Source: Octopus vulgaris (taxonomy: Eukaryota). From it: a stretch of 64,000 nucleotides of DNA. A model generated the notes under the pieces. It searched no databases. It was not told the DNA's origin and was given only the letters and a program-made list of their open reading frames with translations. Within the stretch, counting starts at the first letter, position 1. Every line of letters starts with the position of its first letter. The stretch spans positions 57,846,001 to 57,910,000 of the forward strand of contig OX597820.1 of NCBI GenBank assembly GCA_951406725.2, read 5' to 3'. Positions 54,706-64,000 of this stretch are shown here, in pieces. The position numbers were made by a program, and so were the translations under genes.

Positions 54706-55379
54706 CTTTGATTATAATTAATATATAAATAGCATGTTTATCTTTCCAGTATGCCATAAGTAAATATCCTGAGCAGTCTTTATAGAAACCACCTAATAAG
54801 TAATTAATTATGTACATGAATGAATATTAAACTGATTCTATGTAATATTTCCTTTTTAGTGTTGAACATTGATATATACACGCATTTTTACCTATTTTGG
54901 TTATGATATCACATTTGATAATCTTAAATTTTAGTTTTATACAACATAACAATATTGTTTATAAACAATCACTCATAGTACCCCATGATAAAATTTCCTC
55001 TGTATTAACATCATAGGTTTTAAATGGTAATTAACATCATGATTTAAGGTCTTCCTCTACCCAGCCTCCTTTTATAGACAGTTACTCTATAACCAATTTA
55101 CTATTCGTAATGTCTTGACAATATGTATGACCATACCTAGCCATGAGGTGTCAACTCAATATTACTCTTCTTTCCAAACAGACACAGTCCCATAGTCTTA
55201 GATTTAGTTGTTAATAAAAAGACAAATAAATTAAAAATGAACCACAATACTTTACAAGCTATGGTCCCAGAGGGCTTCATGCATTTCTTGGAAGTGTAGT
55301 CTTCCATCTTCTTGCTCTGTTAAAGTATTTGACAAAAATTTTATCACTGAGACCATCTGATTAAAATTCTATTTATTTG

Positions 55380-55465
55380 TGCAACTGATGATAGCTCTGC
55401 ATTTAAATTCATGTAATGATTGCATTGTTCAATTAAATGGAGGCGCTTGAAACGGTCGTACTGCA
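55380..55465 (+). ncRNA. Type I hammerhead motif (family H4)
   Basis: TGCAA-CTGATGA-TAGC..long hairpin..GCTT-GAAA-CGGTCG-T-A-CTGCA. Relatives at 43673-43720 (-), 43886-43903 (+) and, decayed, at ~38173-38250. Confidence 0.6.
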
Positions 55466-55969
55466 TCACTTGTTGATATCCTTTTGCTAGTTTTGATTAT
55501 ATATATAGATATATATACCTCTTTCTGTGTTCCTCAGTTCAGCATCAGAATCATCACCATCATCATCGTCATCGCCATGATGAGGATGATAATGATGATG
55601 ATGATGATCATCATCATCATCATCGTCATCATCATCACTATCATCATTGACATCAACATTTTTGCGTACTTCCTCGTCTTATCAACAGTTATTATGATTT
55701 TGATGAATGTAACATCAGTTATATCTCAAACAATTTTTTTTTATTTCGTGACCTTCCTCTTTACCTCTTCTATCTCCTCCTTTCCTCCTCTCTCTGTCCT
55801 CTTTTTGTTTAAGGTCTTTGACTCTAGTTTTCTTGTTTCAGAATGGTTCCATCTAATGTTAAATGGCTCTACCACTCATCACCTGTTAAACAACTGCGCT
55901 TTTCCTTTAACTTCGTCACTCCCACCGCATTCACTATTCCTCTTCAGCACCCAACATCACTGCCACCTC

Positions 55970-56140
55970 CACCACTGCCGCTGCCGCCGCTGGCACTAGC
56001 GCCGCCGCTGGCACTAGCGCCGCCGCTGCCACTAGCGCCGCCGCTGGCACTAGCGCCGCCGCTGGCACTAGCGCCGCCGCTGGCACTAGCGCCGCCGCTG
56101 GCACTAGCGCCGCCGCTGGCACTAGCGCCGCCGCTGCCAC
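55970..56140. repeat. 18-bp GC-rich minisatellite (GCGCCGCCGCTGGCACTA)n within CCA/CAA low-complexity sequence
   Basis: About 8 tandem units read directly. Confidence 0.93.
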
Positions 56141-57602
56141 CACCGCCACCGCTGTCATTGCCACCGCAGCTGCCACTGCCGCCGCCACCTCCACTACCAC
56201 CATTTCCAGTTCCATCCCCTGCACTTCCACCGTTAAAGCCACCACTACCCCCCACGACCACCACGATCACCACCAACACCAATACCAACAACAACAACAA
56301 CACTACCACCACCACTAGCACCACCATCAGCAACATAACCATCTACATGTCCCACACTTCTAACCTATCATCCACTATCTTTCATGCACCCCAACGCTAC
56401 ATAACGCTTATTACCGCGAGACCGCTTCCCCCACACCACTCCGAACCGTTTCTTCCGCCAACAACAACAGCACTGAAGTTACTCATCTTCATCGACACCC
56501 TTCCACTGTATTTCCCCTTCACTTTCCTTACCCACATAATTTTTTGTTTTGTTTGGTCTTCTTATTTTCTTCTATTTCCTAGTTAGTTTACTTCAATATA
56601 CTTCCTCTTATATTCCTTGTTCATTTGAGTTACCCCTTAGCTTTCTCTTCTCCCTGACTTCCTCTAAACTGAATCCAAATTTATGAAGTAGCGCTGGAGG
56701 AAAGGGTGATAGTGAGAGAGGATGAGGAAGAGAGAGAGAGAGAAAGAGTAAGAGAAATGATAACAATATTGGAAACCAGCTGAAGGGTAGGTATAGGTTC
56801 ATTTCTGTGATTCCTTCTGTCTTTCTCCCGTTTTCTCTCTCTATTTCCCCTTTTCTCTGTGTATATGTATGTATGTAGGTATGTTCTAAAATCTCACGAA
56901 GAGATATATGAATATGTGCATATGTATATGCGTATGTATGAATACATGTATATATATGTGAATGTAAGTGTACCTGTCTACGTATGTATACATATATATA
57001 TATATATGTGTATGTGTATGTATAAATATACGCACATATATATTTATGTATGTATGTATATGTATATGTATTAAGAGAGAGGGAGAGATTTATTTATAGA
57101 TAGATAAATAGATACATACATAATACATACATACACACTTGTAAATATATAATAAAAAGATTGATGGACAGTTATATAAAGATATTACATACATACAAGT
57201 ATAACTGAGAAGTAAAAGGATAACGCATAATAATTCTTTACAGCTGTTTCATAAATTATGTGACTGCATGATGCAATAATGTACATTATGTAAACGGTTG
57301 TATATACCAATGCAACAAAACATAGCTAAAAAGTAAAATTTGATATTAACACATAAGTATGATACGTAAAAGAATTCAAGCAATAAGCGTCATATCGCTG
57401 AAGCTTTTCAGTAGAAGGAAAGTATGTGCGGAAAAGTTTGGTAGCTGTACACTCATGCCCACTCACACACACGCACACATACATATGTGTGTGTGCGTGT
57501 GTGTGTGCGTGTGTGTGTGTGTGCGTTCGTGTGTGTATGTGTGTGTGTGTGTGTGTGTAGAAAAGTGAAAGGGTGCAGTGAACTTGCCGTGAGGAGTGGA
57601 AT

Positions 57603-57640
57603 ATCTAACGTTTCGGATTAAATCCTTCGTCAGGGGGGGG
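57603..57640 (-). ncRNA. Minimal hammerhead core at the 3' end of a Penelope-like element
   Basis: Minus strand CTGACGA-A-GGAT-TTA-ATCC-GAAA-CG-TT. Stem I is not evident. Confidence 0.55.
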
Positions 57641-57873
57641 CAAGGAAAAAGAGAAGATACAGAGAAAAAGACAGAGTTTACATCCTCTCAGCTTGAAAAA
57701 CTGACTGCACCTGATAATGGACGCATAATAACACGGGCTGCTAACGTGAAGCAGAAGTTATAGAGGGCGTGCAGAAAGGAGAAGGAAAAGGATGATGGTG
57801 AGAGTAGAGGTAAGTAAATACGGGAATGTTACCGAGATAGGGTGAAAGGAGGATTAAAAAGGATAAAACAGAA

Positions 57874-58131
57874 TTAAGAGGAGGTGAAAGAACGAAAGGA
57901 AAAACGTTTATTCATACCTGTTGGGGACATAGTGCCAAGATCAAATATTAGATGTTGCTCCTTTCGTTTCCTAGAGAAGCGGGATCCGTGGTGCAAGGCC
58001 ATACCACACACTGATAAATCTGCAATAGAATGATTCACAGTGTTAAAGTGGGTGGCGCCATGTTGGCCTGGTATGCGTAGTATTGTGCTTCTGATGTGTT
58101 CGTGAAAGCGATCCCCAAGACGTCGCCCTGT
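57874..58131 (-). pseudogene. Penelope-like GIY-YIG endonuclease C-terminal part (5'-truncated)
   Basis: Manual translation gives TGRRLGDRFHEHIRS...ATHFNTVNHSIADLSVCG...RKRKEQHLIFDLGTMSPTGMNKRFSF..*, 86 codons, open. It has no start codon and so is absent from the ORF track. Confidence 0.88.
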
Positions 58132-58369
58132 ATATATATATATATATATAAAGGAAGAAAGAGAGAGTTTGACTAATCTACTACTGGAGAAACTTTAAAA
58201 TGACTGCGAACATGATTATAATTAATACATACGTAGTAGAATTCAACCCGTGTCCAACTCTGACCACTTCTTAAACTTAGAACGTTGGGTTTTGGTATTA
58301 TTCTTTAATTACTAAGCATTTTTTTGCCGATTATGTAAATATTCCAACTACGTATTAAATAATCCTGTC

Positions 58370-58575
58370 TGCTATAGGCACAAGGCCTGCGATTTGGAGG
58401 AGAGGACTAGTCGATTAGATCAACCCCAGTACTCAACTAGTAATTAATTTATCGACCCCGAAAGGATGAAAGCAAAGTCGAGCTCGGTGGCATTTGAACT
58501 CAGAACGTAGCGACGGGTGAAATACTACTGAGCGTTTTGTTCAGCATGCTAATGATTCTGCCAGCGCGCCGCCTT
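58370..58575 (-). mobile_element. SINE family A, tail type 1 (plus a partial copy at 58595-58690)
   Basis: Reverse complement of the family A head and body, ending CCTTGTGCCTATAG. Confidence 0.8.
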
Positions 58576-58785
58576 ACTATGTATTTAATAATACTTTCTA
58601 CTAAAGGCAGAAGGCCTGAAATTTTGAGGGAGGGGACTAATCGATTACATCGACCCCAGTGCATAATTGGTACTTATTTTATCAACCCCCAAACTATGTA
58701 TATAATAATGACATTAATATACCAACAAACTAGCACTCATTTAAACACATGGTGGTTCTTCAGTGAACAAATTGCTTTACAGTAT

Positions 58786-58918
58786 TTGCCTTTCATCCTT
58801 TCGGGGTCGATAAAATAAGTACCAGTTACGCACTGGGGTCGATGTAATCGACTTAATACCTATGTATGTCCATGTTTGTCCCCTCTATGTTTAGCCCCTT
58901 GTGGGTAATAAAGAAATA
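58786..58918 (+). mobile_element. SINE family A 3' half, tail type 2
   Basis: TTTGCCTTTCATCCTTTCGGGGTCGATAAA...GCCCCTTGTGGGTAATAAAGAAA. Confidence 0.85.
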
Positions 58919-60006
58919 AGTATATTTTAACTGTGCCGTAAAAGCAAAACAGAAATGTAAAAAAGAAAAAAAAGAACGAAAGAAATGAATGAAAGAAAGA
59001 AAAAGAAAGCTACTTACATAAATTGAAAATATGAAATTGTATATCTGTTCAATTCAAAAAGCTGGAGAATTATGTTTACTTTAAAATTAGAAGTGAAAGA
59101 TATTTCAGAAATTCAAATATTGGAAAAGAATCCTTACACAAAAATTCGATTTCATTCTTCTTGTGTATGTGCATGTAGGATACCCTTAGCTCCATGCTCA
59201 GTTTTATATAACTATCTTAAAGATTTACTTATCACTATTTTTAAAGCGTATAAGAACTTTATTGAGATTGTGCTAGAAAATGTTTTTGCTTTTTGTTTTT
59301 TCTTCTTATGCGTATACGTGTCTTCGTTCATTCAATTAAGCATGAAAGAGAAAAAGGTGAGGATAATTTTTTGTCAAACTTTACAGACGAAACATAAGAC
59401 AATTTTCTTCCTGTGTATTTAATAATAGCATCACTATATCCGTAGGGACATGTGATTTTGACATAATGTGTCTCATCAGTGCAGACAATGATATTGTTTT
59501 ATATTGTACTTGTATAATTCTGGAATAAAATTGAATTAATAAACCAAAGAAGTAAAACATTTCTGGTTGTGATATTTTTTTAGTTTAAAACGTCAAATAC
59601 ATATGTACAATTTCAAAATGGAAATTAAATTATATCCTTGTTCTTTGTTAGTTAAGCAGAGTGCAGGGACAAATACAAGGACTCATACATTCACACATAT
59701 ACATACATATATGTGAGTGTGTCACTGTGGGCATGCATATGGCTAACGCATATCACACACTCATGTATACGTACACATTTATGAGAGGCTTCCACACAGT
59801 TTCCGTTCACAAGATACATTCCAAAGGCATTGGTCAACCCATAACTATAGAAAACGATACTTGCTTACTAAACAAGTTGATCACGATGTGACCTTCATCA
59901 TTACACAACCATGCCACAGCCATACATATATACATGCACACAAACATATAAATAAACTAGATATCAAATATATTAAATATATTAAATACATCAAGTACAA
60001 AGTATG

Positions 60007-60056
<50 letters not shown>

Positions 60057-60417
60057 AAGTGAGAGAAAGCAAAAGGTGGAAACTTTCAGATGAGGAATTT
60101 ATATGTATAAATACATAGATATCTATATTAATAGGTCCAACTTACACAGAGTACAAAAGGCAGAGAAAATTAAATGGGTAGAAGAAAGGTATTATAAGTC
60201 CAACAGCTGTTTCTGGGAGGGTCGGCGATCCATAATAACGTTGGTAGATTTAGTTCATCACAATATGCGGCCGTATGGCTGCATTTACCATAGAGGAGAC
60301 GAGCCTCCGTCATGAGGGTAGGGAATGATCCCGTGTAAAAACATCGGAGTCTAAGTTTGACTCTTTTGAACACTACCAAGTGACTACTTTTATACGAATA
60401 GATGAGTCTCATCTGTG

Positions 60418-60460
<43 letters not shown>

Positions 60461-60689
60461 CGAAACACAGAGTAGACGAAACAGAGACAACTGAAGACGG
60501 GGAATATTCTTTGTGTTGTATGTCTTGTACTCTGTTCTTTCGTTGTTTGAAAAACAGTTCGTTTTCATGTTTTTGTTTTTATGTTTTCGTTTCTCATTGT
60601 GTTCAACGTTTTTCATGTCCTGTACCCATATATGCATGTATATGTTTTGCTTTTTGCTGTTTTGCTTTTACGGCATAGTTAAAATATAG

Positions 60690-60880
60690 CGAGAATTTAC
60701 AAAAAAACGAGGACGGATGTGTAAGCAACAAACAGATGTATCAGTTTAACGCTCGGGAAATGAGAAAGTCTTTTACGTTTCGAGCGTACGCTCTTTGATA
60801 GAAAGGAACACAAAAATAAACAGGGTGAGAAAATAGAAAAAGGTTTAGTGGCTAACAATCCGTCGTGGCGAATGCCGGAC
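60690..60880 (-). mobile_element. Family H3 repeat, HHR core decayed
   Basis: CTTT-CTATCAA-A-GAGC-GTAC-GCTC-GAAA-CG-TA-AAAG. Confidence 0.7.
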
Positions 60881-60905
60881 AATATATATATATATATATA
60901 TTTAT

Positions 60906-60942
<37 letters not shown>

Positions 60943-60988
60943 TGTATGTATGTATGTATGTATGTATGTATGTATGTATGTATGTATA

Positions 60989-61545
60989 CGAGCAAAACAC
61001 CCCACATCCAATGGACGGTGATGAATCATATCTGCTAAATAAAAAGCAATCAGTGTTTTCTTTTCATTAAAAAATAATTAAGCATGCCTTTATTTCAATA
61101 AAATTTTGGGTTTTTTTAAACGAAGTTAAGGCAAAAAAAAAAAAACTTGTTGAGAAACAAAATAGTCTTTCCTTCCTTCATGCCAAGTTTGAAGAAAATA
61201 TCTCTTTTGCATCTTACATTTTTGGTCTTTTAAATATACTGCTTTTTGTGGCATTATTTCAAGTCTGCCGGCTTTTTTTGCGCAAACTGCACGTGCATTT
61301 TTCTCGCCTACGCGTAGTATCGATCACAACATCTGATGAACTTGCGCGTACAAATACACGTTCACACGGCTTTATCGATCGTATTCTCACCTGGAATCGA
61401 TTTTTGCAATTTTTTCAAGACTTATACACGCCCTGATACCGTCGGTATCTAAATATCAAATTTGAGCGCAGTCGGATGGAGGATGCCCGAGATCCTAGAA
61501 GACACACACACAGACAGACAGACAGAACGGATTTTATATAATATA
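60989..61545 (-). mobile_element. Non-autonomous Helitron-like element
   Basis: Minus-strand 5' TTATATAAAATCCGTTCTGTCTGTCTG, 3' hairpin C(G/A)TCCA-T-TGGA(C/T)G, ending CTCG|T. Confidence 0.6.
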
Positions 61546-62141
61546 TATATATATATATAAGGGATTTGTCCTCACTCTGTTATTTATACAAATAACATAT
61601 TAACTATGCCCTTATGTTGTTCCTTTCTTCCTTTATTCACTTATTATATTATGAATTGTACACATGAGCATTTTATCCCTTAAATCGTAATATGACTATA
61701 ATTTATTTTTCTTTGATGACCGATATTTTCCTTGCTTCTTTTAATAGATATAGCATTTTAATTCTGTAGTCTATATTATTACTCTTTTCTCTCTCTTTCT
61801 TCCTTTCTTTCCTTACTACATATTAAATTACCGTTAATGAAACTAGTAAAATTGAACGCTACTTATCTTAAAATATGACCAATAGGCTCTCTCTTTTATT
61901 TATTTGATAACACAAAATAGATATAGGGATGCCAGTCTCTTTACTATTGTAAATACGTACGTATATTAAATACATTTTTATCTATTTATCTATTCACTAT
62001 CGTATTTGTAATTGCATTTTTATTTTTATTGAACCCCATTTGAGCATAAGCAAACTTTTGAATTTGAATCTAAGTAGTAATATATTTTTGCACAAATATA
62101 TATACATATAAGTTCTTATATATATGTTTAGGTTCTTGTGC

Positions 62142-62192
<51 letters not shown>

Positions 62193-62866
62193 ATTATTTG
62201 CTTGCGATTTCTTCATAGATACTTACATCTATTTATTATGTATGCGTATAAATATATGTGGGCATATGCGCAACATGTGATTATTGCTATGCACATTTAT
62301 TTTCCATTCTTTATTCTATATTTTATATATATTTTGTGTATTTCTCTATGTAGAAATATTTGAACGTATATATATTTATATATGCATTCAATATATATAT
62401 ATATTCTTACCTATTATTTTACCCATTTTATTTTTTATTTTTACTTACATATCTTTACACTCTTATTACTTAGATTTTTATAAATTATTATAAATATATT
62501 TACCTTTATAATAGTATTATAATTAATTAAAAGTTCAATTAATGTATATTGTCTATATTTATACTTTTTAATGACTACCCAGAATATATCATATTACTTA
62601 AATTTGTATAAATATATCTACCCTTATATTAATTTGATACTTAAATATATAGTGTATTACTATATATTTCTTCTAGTTATACTTTTAATGTTTACCCAAT
62701 GCATCTTATATTATTTTTGTACTTACTTCTCTAAACATACTAACTTTACCCCCTTTGTAAGGTTTATACCAAGTTTTTCTATAAAACAATGCTCAGTTAG
62801 CCGATATGCTCCTCACACTTAACACATAAAAAAACATAAAAATGTAATGGTATATCTTTTTTTCTA

Positions 62867-62945
62867 CCTCCGACGAGATTCAACTTTATAATGATTCGAT
62901 TATTTTAATTAATTTTTAAAGTTTGAATCGAAACAGCTGTCAGAG
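62867..62945 (+). ncRNA. Type I hammerhead motif with GUC cleavage triplet
   Basis: CT-CCGACGA-GATTCAACTTTA..TAAAGTTTGAATC-GAAA-CAGCTG-T-C-AG. It carries a U4C change and a short stem I. Confidence 0.6.
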
Positions 62946-63167
62946 ATTATGTCTATTTTTGTAATTAATAGATATAATTATTACTTGATTTATGTCTATT
63001 TTCTTAATTTTCTTATATATATATACATACATATATATATATATATGTATATATATAAAATTGAATAAGGGTAGAAATTGATATTAATCACTTAAAACCA
63101 GTGGCCTAGCATATTAAAAAAATCCGAAGATTAAAATATTTTTTACATACAAAATTAAAAGGAGTGA

Positions 63168-63239
<72 letters not shown>

Positions 63240-63674
63240 AGAGAGAGAGAGAGAGTACGTACATACGTACACACATATACATAGACGGAGAATTTAAGTG
63301 AGAAAACAAAAATGAAATTAGGAAAGGAATATGAAGGGCGGAAAGAGGAAGGAAGAAAAAACAGAAAGTGTTAACTCAGACAGCCATTCAGACAGATATA
63401 AACTCGAATATATAGGCACAGTGTGAGAGATAGAGTCAGGGAGAAACGTAAGTCAGAGTCTGACAAAATTAGACAGACATACAAAGAAACTTCGTATTTC
63501 TTGGATTCTCTGCTGTAATCTCGTGTGTGGTCGACTTGTCTTTGAATGATGACCTACAGTAGCAATAGAAGACAAACGTCTGTTTTAGATTGGTACATCA
63601 CACGTGAGCTGATACAAAGCTTGCTGGCAAGAGAAAGACGACTCTTCAGACATATTGGTTAGAAACTTTAAAAA

Positions 63675-63798
63675 AAACAACAATGACAAAAACAACAACA
63701 ACAACAGCAACAACAACAGGAACAGCAGGAACAACAGCAACGATTACAACAGCAGTAACAGCAACGACAGCAACCGCAGTAACAATAATAGCAACAAT

Positions 63799-63841
<43 letters not shown>

Positions 63842-63842
63842 G

Positions 63843-63877
<35 letters not shown>

Positions 63878-63890
63878 ACTACTACTGCAA
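63675..63890. repeat. (CAA/CAG)n-(CTA)n-(CTG)n trinucleotide block
   Basis: Direct reading. Confidence 0.95.
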
Positions 63891-64000
63891 ATGTAAGAGT
63901 AAGTGAAACAGCAGAAGCCAAAACAAAAATAACATCAACAACAATAGCGTATATAAGAGCGTGAGGAACAGTAACAAGAACAGACATAGACGCAAGAGCA

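Overview
AT-rich, microsatellite-dense eukaryotic DNA with no recognisable host protein-coding gene. The tRNA-headed SINE families and overall repeat content point to an octopus (coleoid cephalopod) genome, intronic or intergenic; this is inferred from recognition of the repeats, not from a search. Nearly all ORFs in the track are simple-repeat artefacts. The real content is transposon-derived: a PIF1-helicase Helitron relic and several non-autonomous Helitrons, a decayed Tc3-like element, two mariner elements (one with an open but catalytically altered transposase), MITEs, about 25 SINE copies, Tx1/L1-like LINE 3' ends, and several Penelope-like element (PLE) relics (RT and GIY-YIG fragments largely missed by the ORF track). 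Two signals stand out. (1) There is a dense, diverse set of hammerhead-ribozyme (HHR)-shaped motifs. These include a ~200-bp TSD-flanked mobile unit whose core carries a G3:C8 swap of the C3:G8 tertiary pair, with four copies in a 1.65-kb nested palindrome, plus an A6U family and a possible type II permutation. (2) There is a tandem array of ORF1(gag)-only retroelements with no reverse transcriptase. They share their 3' tail with a SINE subfamily and with a microsatellite-embedded LINE, and they lie between Helitron termini. No ribozyme activity or mobility is shown; these are sequence-based predictions.
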